From: Alloascoidea hylecoeti
Taxonomy: Eukaryota
Direction of reading: 5' to 3'
Assembly: GCA_001600815.1 (NCBI GenBank)
Contig: BCKZ01000005.1
Coordinates: forward strand, 1,241,794 to 1,301,127
DNA: 59,334 bases
A program made the translations under genes and the position numbers. Below, one piece after another: positions 1 to 12,503 of this stretch; the first letter of the stretch is position 1, and every line of letters begins with the position of its first letter. The notes beneath the pieces were generated by a model, which saw only the letters and a list, made by a program, of their open reading frames with translations, was not told the DNA's origin and ran no database searches.

Positions 1-199
1 AATCGAACTTCCAGAATCTCGTGTGAAACCGCCTTATGGGGAAACTTCATCAGATGCTTATAATTAGGTATTGACCGATTATAAGTTTTCTACGGTATGA
101 TGGACCAATTAAAAGTTTAGCAAACACCACCAACTGTAGGCTCTAGGGCCTATATCATTTTAAGAAAAGATAGACTCGTAACATTGAAATTATTGATCG

Positions 200-790
200 T
201 TGAAATAATATTCGTCCAAAGCCGACTAAAATTATCAGTCCCCTCACACTAATTTTCGGCCACCTATACTTGTTGATCATATACCGTTATACATATATAT
301 CGATATTCATATTCACACACAGCACAAATTTTATTCAAAGCTACCACAAATTAATTTAGAGACAGAATATACTGTATGTGGACCCTTTATGGAGAATACT
401 TAATTCAAGAAGTGGTCGAATACTTACTCGGCCCCTCAATAATTTCATCGAAGGCCTTTTAGGATCCCCAACCACTTTATACTGTGAACCAGGGCCTCCT
501 TTTTAAATTTTAGTTTATAGCATAAGACATAAAACCCCAAATTTCCTTGTGTTATAAATATTGATATTTTTTTGTTCCAAGGTCTGGTGTCGTCGTAGAA
601 AACATACCGAACCCGTAGCTGGACATAACCATCCCAATCGCCCATCTAATCTATCTTCAGACTGTTTCTCAGTTCTATTGGCTCTCTGCATTAATAAAAG
701 GCCGTTTACATGGAATTTTCATTATTCATCTGTTTTAGAACGGTTCTGTGAGCCTTTAGAGGGGCTGAAGAGAAAAGCGTCAGTTTGATC
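200..790 (-). mobile_element. Possible degenerate Tc1/mariner-like DNA transposon remnant
   Basis: Minus-strand frames give RTVLKQM, KIPCKRPFINAESQ and DW..VFYDDTR, loosely resembling Tc1 transposase RTVRRRL / KKPLL / W..VIFSDES. TTCGRCCA-like motifs lie at ~210-430. A segment (cactaattttcggccacctatactt) resembles 49620-49647. Heavily interrupted. Confidence 0.25.
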
Positions 791-944
791 TTCATCCAGC
801 TGTTAATACATATTTTTATCTACCTAGATTCACCAAGATTACGCAGAAATAGGGAGTGAGATAGCTAGCCTTGTTATTTTTCTCATTTGTTATTCCATAT
901 TATCATTGACAACCACGGAAGACAACCATTTAAGCAGTTGCAAT

Positions 945-2220
945 ATGTCCCTACACACAAATCTTAAGTCGAAAGCCGATTCTATGTCCGACGATCTCCC
1001 TTATGAAATATCTGAAATAATCTTCTTAGATTTGCTACTAAAGACTTTACTTAATTGTAGAAGTGTATCTAAAGCATGGAAACAAATAGCTGAAAATGAT
1101 ATGATAATGTATGGAAATCAAAGTTTCAAGAACAAAAATATTGGAAATATTATAATGATGATTCGGAAACAGATTCTTGATATGAATTGTATAAAGAACG
1201 TTCTCTTTTAGATTTGAATTGGAAAAATAATAAATTTACACGACATATATTAAAGGGTCATTCTAGCAAAACACTTTGTGTGAAATTTTATAAAAACTGG
1301 ATTATAACTGGTTCAAATGATTGGACAATAAGAATTTGGGATATTGAAACTTTTCAATGTTTAAGAGTTATAGGTGAACCAGATTTTGTGCTTTTATAAC
1401 AATTTGGTATATCAGATCTTTAGTTTCTAAACCAAGAAGTATCAACAGAGGAAATTGAGGATTTAATAGAAAATATCGATATCAACTTTCATCTGAGTGC
1501 TGTCGCATCTATCGATATTAATGATATATTTGATACTTCTTGTATGATTTGGAAACTACCAGATTCCAAACTAACAGATCGTCTGATGGCACCAACAGAA
1601 CCTGGTTATAGTTCTCATGCTAAAGTCGCTTTATCTAATGACTATATTGCGTGTTCTACCCATGATTCTATTGCGGTTTGGAAGACAAGTCTTGATAATT
1701 TAGAACATCAACTACAGGTTTATTTTAAATTCCGTTTTGGATTTGGTGATATTTGTGTTCATAATGGTATCATATACACTAAAGATGCAACCTGGAATTA
1801 TGAAAGTGTAATAAGTTCCTGGAATATTAAAACAGGTCGAATAAATATAATCGAATGAGATGCTTTACAGTAAGTGATCGATACTTAATAGTTACTGTTT
1901 ATGGCAAACTAACAGTTCGGGATTTACAATCAAATAAATTAATAAAGACTTTATCACATGACGCATATCCAGGAATTGGATTATATGTAGTCAATAACAA
2001 AATCATTTTTATTAATTGGAATTGTACTATTAAGATTTGGAATTTAAATGATATAAAATTATTTAAAGAATTTAAACTTTCAGAATATGAATTATATATG
2101 GAAGATGTTTATTCAATTGTGTTTGACTCGAAAAGACTAACTGTTTTTACTATGGATGATGATGTTGTTATTTATGATTTTACTGAAAATTTAAGGAAAA
2201 TATATTTAAAACATTTATGA
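945..2220 (+). pseudogene. F-box/WD40 protein pseudogene (copy 1)
   Basis: F-box LPYEISEIIF..LLNCRSVSKAWKQ followed by WD40 repeats (GH..CVKF..WIITGSNDWTIRIWD). Split over 4 ORFs by a 5-nt ATGAT duplication (~1100), a TGG>TGA and further frameshifts. Collinear with 53782-55042, ending YDFTENLRKIYLKHL. Confidence 0.85.
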
Positions 2221-2451
2221 ACCGTATAGAAAATTGAGAATAAACATCTTTCCTTAAAGAAATTTCAATAACAATAAACATTTAATCTCTATATTTTATA
2301 ACTATGAATTTATCCGCATTTTATCGCACTACAAAGAATAACTCATAAATGTAGGCCTATTAAAATTTAATGACTGGTAACAATAATATGGAGCAATATA
2401 CTAGTACTATAAATTGTATTAAATAAATTTATGGTTATAGACATAAACATA

Positions 2452-3209
2452 TTAATATTGTTTCTTGATAAAATCTATAATAGAAGTAACATAAGCACTT
2501 TTAGAAGGAAATTGATGACCTCCTTCATGTTCGATAATTGTTGTTTTTTCAGGAACACAGAAATCCAACATTTTAATTGATCTCTCCTTTGGTACTAATG
2601 TATCAGAAAGACCATAAATATGACAGGTTGGAATACTAATATCATTATGATCATGATAGAATTTGGCATGATTGTTGTTAGTATCTTCAACCATAAAAGT
2701 TGCAGCTACAACAGCAAATCTTAGATCCTGACCATGGTTGATCTCTCTAAGTTGTTCCGGGCTATCCCCACCAAGTAGGGCAGATATAACACCAGCACCT
2801 TGTGAAAACCCTAAAAGTCCATCATAAGGACCATTTTCTTTGATATAATCTCTTAGAAATTTCAATGGTTGATCAAGATTGTACCATTCATCACCAGCTG
2901 TTTCCTTTACCACTTTGTACCAACCAAGATTTGTTTCGGGTAAAAAGGAATCGGGGTTGGATCCCTCGGGAATAGCTGCTTCGAATGGTAAATCTTTATA
3001 TTTGAGTTTTAATGGTGAGTCTATGTACTCAAGTTGAAATCCGGCCTTTGTTAACTTCTTTCTTAGAGAGGAAGATTTATCTGAAAAAGTTTTACCATTC
3101 TGTGAAGAAAAAATGATTAGAGAGGTTAATTAATATTGATGAGTAATCTAATACTTACTTGGAAAAATCCATGGAGACATAATATTTTTTTGGTGTTAGC
3201 AACTGTCAT
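2452..3209 (-). CDS. FSH1/OVCA2-family serine hydrolase; exons 3209-3159, 3099-2452
   Basis: Exon 1 MTVANTKKILCLHGFFQ, intron 3158-3100 (GTAAGT..CTAAT..CAG), then NGKTFSDKSSSLRKKL. Motifs GPYDGLLGFSQGA, HIYGLSD and HEGGH give the S-D-H triad. Confidence 0.9.
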
Positions 3210-3524
3210 TTTGAATGTTGAGAAATAAAAGATATAATGAAAGAAAACGTTATAAAAAGTAACAGAAAGAATGCATTGTTGATATAAATTTTCACCAATG
3301 TTGGTTCAGCTGGGAATAAGAAGCCTTTTTTGGTGTATATAAACTTCCAGCGTTAGTAAACATTATTACACAAGGATGCATTTCCTATTTCTTATTTAGT
3401 TATGAGTAGTTATGAATTATTATCAACCCATAATTGCAAAAGAAGAGATCCATTTATACAAAAACTAGGGTTTGATTATGGGTTATACTATTTGAAATCG
3501 GAATTAATGCTATACATGTGAACA

Positions 3525-4157
3525 CTAAGGATGTTGCTTTAATAGTGAGGTTTGGCCTGGTCTTAAACCTGTTTTGGTAATGCTGTACAAGTAGTCCTGA
3601 AGTGAAATCCCAATATTAGCGAAAGGTGATACTAATTAACAGATCAACAATTAATGTACTACTTACTTTGGGGTAATGATGTTTATCTATCATGTGTAAT
3701 CGTCTCTTCTGGGGTGTTGAACATAGTTTTTCGCATTCCGGTAGGAAACATCGATACTAGTCATAAAGCAAAAATGGGCAACACAATGTTAGTTTGCTTC
3801 TAGTCTTTATATCTAAATTATAATGCTATAACTTACTATTTTCTCACCTCTAGATCTTCTCAAATCGGCAAAAGGATCGTGACTTTCAGTAATATGTAGC
3901 TCCATCAAAAAAGCGGAAGGGAAAATATGTCTACATCCGGAACAGACAAATTCATGGTATCTCACATAATGCTGTTCATACTCTTCATCCGAATGGAAAC
4001 TTTGTGGGTGTAAATGACAAGAAGGGGGAAGATTACATATCAATTCGGGAGCATTTGTAAAACTTAATCTGCGATGTTTAGATATTTCTAAATTAGATAC
4101 AGACTCTTTTAAATCCTTTGTATCCTCTTTTAGTTCATTTGCGGATCGTTTTGACAT
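3525..4157 (-). CDS. C2H2 zinc-finger protein, ZNF511-like; exons 4157-3837, 3756-3667, 3596-3525
   Basis: CNLPPSC..YEQHY..H, CSGC..F..LHITESHDPF, then spliced YRCFLPECEKLCSTPQKRRLHMIDKHHYPK/DYLYSITKTG. Two GTAAGT..AG introns keep the frame. Confidence 0.8.
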
Positions 4158-4301
4158 TTATCAATTGCAAAAGATTTCTCGCTATAGGTAGTTTTCGTTA
4201 ATTATATGCTGACTAATCTTTATATCATGTGTCCCACCAAACAAATTAAAGGTGTATTCAATTCAATTTCTCAAAAAGAACAAATATATCAATACAATAT
4301 A

Positions 4302-5101
4302 ATGGAAATGGAAGAGATAGATATACCAAAGAAACTTCCTTCAAAAGTAGAATCTCCTGAGATCACATTGATAGAAAAGCTACAAGCTCGACAAAAACAA
4401 TTAGCAGGAGGTTCCAAAAATGTAATTGAATTAACAGCAGAGGAAGCAAAGGTTTTTGAAAAGTTTAACACAAAGCAGGCGATTATCAACAATCGTAAAA
4501 AAATTTCCAAAACTAATAAGACATCTCATAATTCTGATCGAAATGAGGGTACATCAGAAAATGTCGCTAAATCCACAGAAGAAGTGATATCCTACGATGA
4601 TTTAGAACCTACAACCAAAGTGTTTTTCTGGCTCTTAGACAATATGATGTATATTATCCCATTAGTATCAATTCACTTTGTACTTGATGTTTTCGTGTAC
4701 CAAGAATACAGAGAGGAAGTTGACTATAATGCTGTTTTTACTCGGGCACTTAAAGCGTTTATACGTAAGTTTAATAAAAATGTGAAATATACTAAAATAT
4801 TTTAGTTACTAATACTAATATATACATCTTTATGCCAGTTTTTATTACTATTTATGCTACAATTCATAAATATAGGGAGAATCCAATAATCAAGGCTTGT
4901 TTCACTATTATATCAATGGGGGCTGGATGTTATCTGGTCTACTGTGTAAATGAAATGGAATATTTTGCCAAATTATTCCAAGCAGCACCCATTGGAACAT
5001 TAATAGCTTATCTATATATGGAACTTGATTGGTATTTTAGTGCTCTTTCAGCGATAGTTATAGTTGGATGGACCTTATTTAATGATTATACTTTTTTTTG
5101 A
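4302..5101 (+). CDS. Conserved fungal multi-pass membrane protein of unknown function; exons 4302-4764, 4839-5101
   Basis: Two ORFs joined in frame by intron 4765-4838 (GTAAGT..TACTAAT..CAG). Hydrophilic N-terminus, then hydrophobic segments (IHFVLDVFVYQEY; QAAPIGTL). Confidence 0.7.
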
Positions 5102-5194
5102 TTTTTTAGTTTAGTATATTGAAACACACATACACCTTTTTTCTTCCCAGTTTGTGAACACATAGACGTAGTGAATTCTTAGCAAAAATAGAAA

Positions 5195-5904
5195 ATGGCA
5201 CCACAAGCAGATAAACGAAGAGCAGAACTAGTAGTCCCGTATGTCTTTTGGGTACAGGTCAGACAAAAAATGAGAAGAGCTAGAATAAACTAACCCTTTT
5301 GAGCATGGCTAGTTTTGTGACACCTACCCCGAAGTCTGTTAACACAGCATCATCTTTGATTGCAAGCACCCTTCCTATGGCTGCTATGTTTACAAGGTAA
5401 TTTTCTAGTTAACATGTTTATATAACTATATGGTGATTTATTTTCAAATATTAACATAACTTTTTATTTCTAGAATCAAGTATGGTCAAATATCAAAGTA
5501 TAAAACACTCTGATCAAATCATTAACAGTTATTTAGAATTCTTTCATGGTCTTCAATTTTCACTTCATTGATGTCTTATATGAATGAACCCTCAAATGCT
5601 GTATATCCTGAAGGAAGACAATCAGCTCTGTTTTCTTTACTGTAAGTATTGAAATAAAATATGATATATTTCCAACTCAAAATCGGTTTTTTATTTTTTT
5701 TCTAACCAAATTATAGAATGTCATTTGTTGGTTTAGCAACCTGTTATATGGATGTAAGTGCACAATTTTTGAAAGTTTCAAATATTTTGTTATGAATTAA
5801 TTTTAAAAGAACACATAAAACTAACAAAATATGATCAGTTGGTGTTCCCTGGAATTGCTCCTGGTAGAGGATTACCAAAACCTTCAGCTTCCCCTTCACC
5901 TTAA
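5195..5904 (+). CDS. Asterix/PAT10 (WDR83OS, UPF0139) small ER membrane protein, 113 aa; exons 5195-5238, 5313-5396, 5474-5479, 5537-5641, 5717-5753, 5839-5904
   Basis: Absent from the ORF track; assembled by hand from five GT..AG introns. Product MAPQADKRRAELVVPFVTPTPKSVNTASSLIASTLPMAAMFTRIKILSWSSIFTSLMSYMNEPSN..SLLMSFVGLATCYMDLVFPG..; the RRxxLvvP and STLPMAAMFTR motifs fit recalled fungal Asterix homologs. Confidence 0.8.
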
Positions 5905-7108
5905 TGAATACATCCTAAGAAAATCAAAGTTGGCCTGAGTGACTCGTACGATTTAAATAATTTTTAAAAACTTTTGTTTTGGTTTACTGTTATAATTAAT
6001 ATTGCTATTTATATATTCTTTCAAAGAAATCACATATTTAAAGTAGTAATTAAGACTAAAGTAAAGAACTTAGAAAATGCATTGTATATCCATAATGTTG
6101 TAATCCTACGATCACAAACTACTTGTAGTTACAATTTCAATTGTTGCACAGATATAACACTTAATTTAGACCATTCTAATCATTAATTATCGGCCGTTTT
6201 CATAATTAAGTTTCGGCCGGTTTTGACACCCAGTTGCTCCAGATCCCTACATATTAGCGGATTATGCCGGTAATAATGCGACCAAAACTAAGCTTAGATA
6301 TAGTCGATAATGAATAATCATGATGGTCTAAATTAAGTAAACTAATTACACCTCACTGTTAAGCTTAACCTTAAACTGCATCACGTGGATGAATTTCTAC
6401 GTGGGTAATCTCGAAGTAAACTAATTCTACAGCAAATTATTAGCAATATCATATGACATTGAAATTTCCTAATCTTGGATATACCACAATTGAATATTTA
6501 TTATAACTAAATGTTATCTATAACCAATTATGCGAGTATTCAGATATAGATTTAAACGAAACAATATTGTAATTACAAACTTCATTTCAACAATAAGTTG
6601 TCACACTCCACGTGCTGTCACGATAATTCTGTAAGATTTTGCTAATTCTTTCAATTGTGTTCCTTAAATGTTCTGTGCATGTGCAGGAACTGCTGAATTA
6701 TTGCTAATTCGGAAAAATGCAATATTCATCACCAATGTGAGTTATAAAATTTCAGCACACTTTAAGAATTTACACCTCAGGTATATGCTTTATTTAATCG
6801 CTTACCACATTTATCAGGAGAACCATGACGTTTAAGAGAAGGAAAGAGATGAACTATATATTGATGGTTAATTTTTATAATTCTTATATCGTTTGATTTT
6901 TAACAAACTCTAATAGGGATCTATATCTATGCAATTATGCATGCATGTATATTGTCAATAGATCTCAACTAATATTTAAATTTTGTTTGATCCTCAGTAT
7001 AAATTTACGACTAGATCCAATATAAATAGGTTTAAATCTCTTGATGTCTTAATTGATTACAATTGCCTCTGTTTTTTCTCAAATATTCAATTTAAATTAA
7101 TATTTAAG

Positions 7109-9181
7109 ATGGAACCAACTCTACCAGAAGGCGCTGGTTACGCAGTTGTTATCGGTCTAAGTGGGTTCTTTGCTCTACTTTTAAATTCATTGACATCTTT
7201 ACAGAACAGATATTTTGAAAATAATACGCATTTAGCTGATGAATTTTCAGCTGCAAGTAGAAATGTCAAAACCGGATTAATTGTTGCTGGTGTCTGTAGT
7301 AGTTGGACATGGAGTTTAACTCTTTTACAACCATCAACTAACGCTTACTTAATGGGTATATCTGGTGGATATTGGTATATGGTAGGAGGTCTTGTACAAG
7401 TCGCAATTTTTTCCGCTGTTGCTGCAAAAGTTAAAGCAAATGCTGGAAGAACCACTACCTTCCCTGAAATTGCTTACTTTAGATGGGGAACAGCTGGTCA
7501 TTTAGCCTTCCTATGGTGTGGTCTTATCTGTAATGCTATTGTTTCGGCATGTATTTTGGTTGGAGGTAGTACCGTTGTCCATGCTGTAACAGGAATGAGT
7601 ATTTATGCCTCTTTATGCTTACTTCCCTTTGGAATAGCAGCATATATTTTCCTAGGTGGTTTAAGAGCAACATTTATTTCAGATGTTACACATACATTAT
7701 TCTTGTTAGTTTTTCTTTTGGTATTTTTATTTACAGTTTACGCTACATCTGATAAAATAGGTAGTCCTTCAAAAATGGTTGATCTGCTTACCGCTACAGG
7801 ACATGAATATCCTATTTCAAATAATTACCATGGTTCATATCTAACGTTCAGATCGCAACAAGGTGCCATTTTAGCTGTTCATTCGACAATAACAGGTTTT
7901 GGCCTTATCTTTTGTGATCAGGCATATTGGAGTAGAGCAGTAGCTGCTAGACCAGAACTAACAGCAAAAGCATATGTTCTGGGTGGTGTCGCATGGAGTG
8001 CCATTCCTTTTTCGATGTCTCTATCATTGGGACTTGCTGCAAGAGCATTAAGTCAGTATTCTGATTATAATATTCCTAGTGAAGATGACATAAATTCTGG
8101 TCTGGCTGCTGTTATTGCAGCATCTTATTTACTTGGGAAAGGTGGTAGTGTCATTATTCTATTGATGAATTTCTTATCTGTTACATCAGCCCTTAGTGGT
8201 GAATTAATTGCAACATCTACTCTGATATCTTATGATATTTACAAACATTACTTTAACCCAGATGCCACAGCTGAACAAGTTGTTAAAGTATCTCAGATTG
8301 CTGTGTTTGGTTGGGCTGCTTTTAGTGCAATGTTAGGTTGTGTTTTCGCTAAGATTGGAATTTCAATGAGTTGGCTGTTCTACTTTTTAGGAGTAACCTC
8401 ATCAGCTGGCGTTTTTCCTATTGCTCTGTCATTCGCATGGAAGGATTTGAATAAATTTGGAGCTATTGGTGGATCAATTGGAGGGACGGGCATTGCTCTT
8501 ATTGTTTGGCTTGTTATGGCTAAAAAATACCAGGGTGAAATTACAGTTGATACACTCTCCGAGCAATGGGTTTCGTTCACAGCTACTACAACCGCTCTTA
8601 TAAGTGGAGGGGTGATAGCTGTTGTATCATCGTTGATTAAACCTGCCAATTTCAACTGGAACATTACAAGAGTTAAGTCGATTTTAAAAGAGGTTACAGA
8701 AGACTTTAATATAAACAATGTTAATAACAATAACAAAGGGGTTATTGACGAAACTGTAAATGTATCAGACAATGCTAAAGAGTCTGATATATCCTCTGGA
8801 TCTAATAAAGATCATGAAAATATAGTCAGTGTTGATGAATTTGGTGTGCCTCCTGCGGATTATATTCCTTCACCTGATGAATATCACGGAATTGATATTG
8901 TTCTATTGGAAAAAATATTTAAAAAGTATGGTTTAATTTCCATAATTATTACACTAATAGTTGGATTTATTTTCCCTGTTCCGCTCAGTGCGGCACCATA
9001 TATATGGTCACCTAAGTTTTTAGGGGCAATTGTTGGAATTATGATTGCTTGGACATTTCTATCCTTCCTTTTGGTTGTTATATTACCAGTTTATGAATCT
9101 AGAAGAGAATTGGCTCTTGTATTCAACTCACTTTTTAAAAGAAATAAGGAAAATAAACAGTCGGCGGCTATACCTACATAA
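7109..9181 (+). CDS. DUR3: Urea/polyamine active transporter (SSS family)
   Basis: GAGYAVVIGL, ASRNVKTGL, SSWTW, GGLRATFISD, GSYLTFRS and DQAYW motifs; many TM helices. First ATG at 7109. Confidence 0.92.
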   Translation: MEPTLPEGAGYAVVIGLSGFFALLLNSLTSLQNRYFENNTHLADEFSAASRNVKTGLIVAGVCSSWTWSLTLLQPSTNAYLMGISGGYWYMVGGLVQVAIFSAVAAKVKANAGRTTTFPEIAYFRWGTAGHLAFLWCGLICNAIVSACILVGGSTVVHAVTGMSIYASLCLLPFGIAAYIFLGGLRATFISDVTHTLFLLVFLLVFLFTVYATSDKIGSPSKMVDLLTATGHEYPISNNYHGSYLTFRSQQGAILAVHSTITGFGLIFCDQAYWSRAVAARPELTAKAYVLGGVAWSAIPFSMSLSLGLAARALSQYSDYNIPSEDDINSGLAAVIAASYLLGKGGSVIILLMNFLSVTSALSGELIATSTLISYDIYKHYFNPDATAEQVVKVSQIAVFGWAAFSAMLGCVFAKIGISMSWLFYFLGVTSSAGVFPIALSFAWKDLNKFGAIGGSIGGTGIALIVWLVMAKKYQGEITVDTLSEQWVSFTATTTALISGGVIAVVSSLIKPANFNWNITRVKSILKEVTEDFNINNVNNNNKGVIDETVNVSDNAKESDISSGSNKDHENIVSVDEFGVPPADYIPSPDEYHGIDIVLLEKIFKKYGLISIIITLIVGFIFPVPLSAAPYIWSPKFLGAIVGIMIAWTFLSFLLVVILPVYESRRELALVFNSLFKRNKENKQSAAIPT

Positions 9182-9755
9182 AATCATTACATATATTATA
9201 TAGTCGTTTTGAAATGTAAAATTATAAGTTATAAATATTAATATAAAGCTAATCTAATTGTGTTACGACTACAATTGCACTGTTGTTTAAGAAAGTCAAG
9301 TTTTGTATATTGACATTGAATACTGCTATAGTCCTAATATCGGAAGCTATTAATTTTAGAATACATTCAAATTTAAATGGTATCATTATCTTTCTAGATC
9401 TCCCTGTATTTTATGTGGAAAGCTATAAGCTTATCACAAACCCAAGGAGTAATATCAGATGCACAATAAATATACGAAGCTGCTATATTTGTATATTGTG
9501 CATACAGACGTGTTATGCTTATATCCATTTCTTAGCCATTCATTTTTAGGCTAACCGGAGATTTGGGGGTAGTGTCGAGTGGCCTGAATTGTATAGTTGA
9601 TTTAATACGAAACTAGGGACTTCAATGTGTGAGTGTTGCAGATGTCTAAACTCGCTGTTTTTTTAAACGGTCCTTTTATAATATTAATACAGTGATTGCG
9701 GTCTTGACCGATATAACATCAAAAAAATAAAGCTTAAATTACAAAATATTAATTA

Positions 9756-9798
9756 TATAATATAGTATAGTGTAGTATAGTATAGTATAATATAGTAT
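9756..9798. repeat. (TATAG)n imperfect microsatellite
   Basis: About 8 pentamer units with TATAA/TGTAG variants. Confidence 0.8.
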
Positions 9799-9923
9799 TC
9801 AAATCATAATCAGGTAGCACATTAAATAAAAATCCGGCTGTATTCACAAATATTAGTACAAAAATCAATTACAACATCATAAATCGAGCATGCGTAAAAA
9901 AATTATTATAAGTAAAGTAACAG

Positions 9924-12503
9924 TTAATAAAGTCGAGATCGTTTTCTTTTCCTCAATATCATTCCTGTAATTAACTCATTTAGCATCGAAGCCGATAATT
10001 TAATTCTCAAACTCACATTATAATGGTTTTTACTTATAGGCAGAGAAGAAGTTTCTAACGTCCGTATGAAGTCTTCCAAGCAAAAAATGGACTCATCTTT
10101 TTTCCCCTCATTAACAATAACCTGTGATAAATAGCTCAATCCATTACATATAGCGCATTTCATTTCTTCATCTTTTTGAGCACACTTAAGTTTTCTAGTT
10201 CCCACCCATGGGAGTTTAGATCGGATCAATGATCGATTATTTAATTCTTTCTGAACAGATTGTTGTAAATACGGTATAATCATTTCAACGATATCATGTG
10301 TGTAGTCCTGTTTGGCTGTGTTTACAAGAAGTTCATCATAAGCAAAAACTGGTTGATGATGATTGTGTTTATAATGAATGAAAGAATCAACGCAAAATGG
10401 AAGCCAAACAGGAGGTGCAAAATTAACAGCTTCGTTAAAATTGAACCCATGATTGAAACCAGCATGATAAACTTTTGGGCACGTAATAACAAATTCACCA
10501 GGTCTTTGATCAACCGCATATACACTAACACCAGATTTCATCAGCATCTTTGGATGATGTAATGTAGTTAATTGAAATAATAGGTCAGGCTGTTGTTGGA
10601 ATAATTCTGGAACAGTAAGCTTCATCACTTTTTCAAATTTTTCAGCATCAAAAGCAGGAATCCCATACCAGGTTTTCGTTTCTCCTAAATGTTGATAATT
10701 TGCACTATATGTATAATGATCTTCATTGTGCCAACAGAAGGCAGAAAAGATCATCCCGATATAAGACCACGGAACAGTCATTCCAGAGATATCGCTGCTG
10801 AAGTTTCGTAACAAGGATTTCTGAAGATGAGGTAAAACGTTAGGATTCCATGGATCTTTAGAATACTTGTCATCAGGTCTTGTTTTTATTGTGGGAAACC
10901 CCGATACCTGGACATTTGAATGTATATCAGCACCATATTCGACCTTTACAGTATCCTCTAAACTATCCACAAGCCTCCAAAATTCTAGTTCTATAGCGTT
11001 TTCTTGTTCATATAGTTTCTCAGGAAGTTGACTATTCAAATCCGGAATCTCTAGCCCAATTTTCTTGAAGTATTTATTTCTAAATTTATCACATTTTTGT
11101 TGAAATTTTGGTAACGTATAATCTCCTCCTGCTTCAAACCCAAATGATTCTGGTGAAGTAATGCACTTTTCACAATACCATTTTCCTTTTGGAATAGCGT
11201 CGAGTTTAGGTTCTAGACAATAGATATGAAACTCCTTATCACACTCATCACAAAGCATGAGATGATCATAATCTTCATCTTTTCCACAAATTTGACATCC
11301 GTCTTTAATTTCCTTCTTGGTATAATCAGTGTTATATTTGCGTTCATATTTCGAATAAGTATTACGTCCAGGTTTTATATTACTGTCTTTAATGTGAGTT
11401 TCAAACGGATGAATTATATCTAGATAGATTTTCCTTACTTCCTCTGCAGTTTCAAACTTGATTGGAATACCCAGTATTTTAGCAACATCTGCCCAACAGT
11501 TTTGAGTTTCTATCCGTTTTAATCCTCCATTAGCTGTTATAATTCTTTTAAGATGATATAGACTAATCCTATTACCTTCAATATAATGATGAGTGATCGT
11601 TTGAGGTTCAATAACATTGAGTTTTCTGCTACTATGAAACTTAACAAGTTTATCAAGTAATTGTATTTCTGCCCTGGAAACTGCACCCATTGTATTTATA
11701 TCTTGCTGTCTTGTAGAAAAAGAGAAATCCTTGTCCAAAACTAACGGTGGTTTCCAAGATGCCGGCGGTACGATTTTTAAAATTCCGTACTTCTCGCCCA
11801 GTTGTCTTACAATGTTGCTTTGTAAATATTGAATAGGGTCATGGAATTCATCCTCAGTAGGGAATAAAGTAGGAGCTTGGGGTATCCCAAAAGGCCTCGA
11901 ATCCAACTTTTTCGGTCTTCTATAGCAAGAAAGAGGTCCATCATAATCTTTTTCCTTTAATCGAACAGGATTGCAGTTATTAGCCAACGTAAATATCCTT
12001 TTGTTTTGACCTTCATCGTCGTCTTCTTCCTCTTCTTCCTCTTCTTCATTATCTTCGCTGTATTTATCGTCATCATCTTCTTCTTTTTCTTTATCTTCGT
12101 CTTTATCCTCATCATCCTCATCATCCTCTTCATCATCGTCGTCGTCTTTATCTTTATCTTCTTCTTTTTCATCATCTTCCGTTATAAACGATCTCGAAGA
12201 CCTTAGACTTCTTCTCGATCTTCTAATACCTACAGAACTTTCATGCTCGATCTCTGAGTTATTATCGGTGTTAAGTTCCGAAAAATCACGTCTCTCTCCG
12301 CCATCGTATTTTGGTGCTTGTAATCTCGAAGAATTAAGAAGTCTTTTTGATTTTCTATTTGCTATCTCATGGTGCTTCCGCGGACCTTCCACAAATCCCG
12401 AAGGATCTCTGGTAGTGTGATACCTTGATCCCCCAACGTTAACATTTTTGCTATTATTTGACCGGAATCTTGATTCATTTTTAAGAGATTGAGCTCTTCT
12501 CAT
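9924..12503 (-). CDS. JHD2: KDM5/JARID1-family H3K4 demethylase (JmjN-ARID-PHD-JmjC, degenerate C5HC2)
   Basis: JmjN APTLFPTEDEFHDP..YGILKIVPP; PHD CQIC..CDECDKEFHIYCL..WYCEKC; JmjC WHNEDH..YHAGFNHGFNFNEAVNFA; acidic N-terminal tract. Orthology to JHD2 versus Lid2/ECM5 is not resolved. Confidence 0.88.
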   Translation of the reverse strand: MRRAQSLKNESRFRSNNSKNVNVGGSRYHTTRDPSGFVEGPRKHHEIANRKSKRLLNSSRLQAPKYDGGERRDFSELNTDNNSEIEHESSVGIRRSRRSLRSSRSFITEDDEKEEDKDKDDDDDEEDDEDDEDKDEDKEKEEDDDDKYSEDNEEEEEEEEDDDEGQNKRIFTLANNCNPVRLKEKDYDGPLSCYRRPKKLDSRPFGIPQAPTLFPTEDEFHDPIQYLQSNIVRQLGEKYGILKIVPPASWKPPLVLDKDFSFSTRQQDINTMGAVSRAEIQLLDKLVKFHSSRKLNVIEPQTITHHYIEGNRISLYHLKRIITANGGLKRIETQNCWADVAKILGIPIKFETAEEVRKIYLDIIHPFETHIKDSNIKPGRNTYSKYERKYNTDYTKKEIKDGCQICGKDEDYDHLMLCDECDKEFHIYCLEPKLDAIPKGKWYCEKCITSPESFGFEAGGDYTLPKFQQKCDKFRNKYFKKIGLEIPDLNSQLPEKLYEQENAIELEFWRLVDSLEDTVKVEYGADIHSNVQVSGFPTIKTRPDDKYSKDPWNPNVLPHLQKSLLRNFSSDISGMTVPWSYIGMIFSAFCWHNEDHYTYSANYQHLGETKTWYGIPAFDAEKFEKVMKLTVPELFQQQPDLLFQLTTLHHPKMLMKSGVSVYAVDQRPGEFVITCPKVYHAGFNHGFNFNEAVNFAPPVWLPFCVDSFIHYKHNHHQPVFAYDELLVNTAKQDYTHDIVEMIIPYLQQSVQKELNNRSLIRSKLPWVGTRKLKCAQKDEEMKCAICNGLSYLSQVIVNEGKKDESIFCLEDFIRTLETSSLPISKNHYNVSLRIKLSASMLNELITGMILRKRKRSRLY

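Noticed and set aside
2230..2237. AAAATTGA (mimivirus early-promoter motif) after several F-box stops
   Set aside because: The copies are homologous and so not independent, the motif is common in AT-rich DNA, and no viral hallmark genes are present.
6983..7108. TTG-initiated extension of DUR3
   Set aside because: Covers the probable TATA (tataaata) and 5'UTR; family similarity begins at ATG 7109.
11957..12206. K/M-rich and F/I-rich short ORFs
   Set aside because: Alternative frames of the acidic tract in the KDM5 gene.
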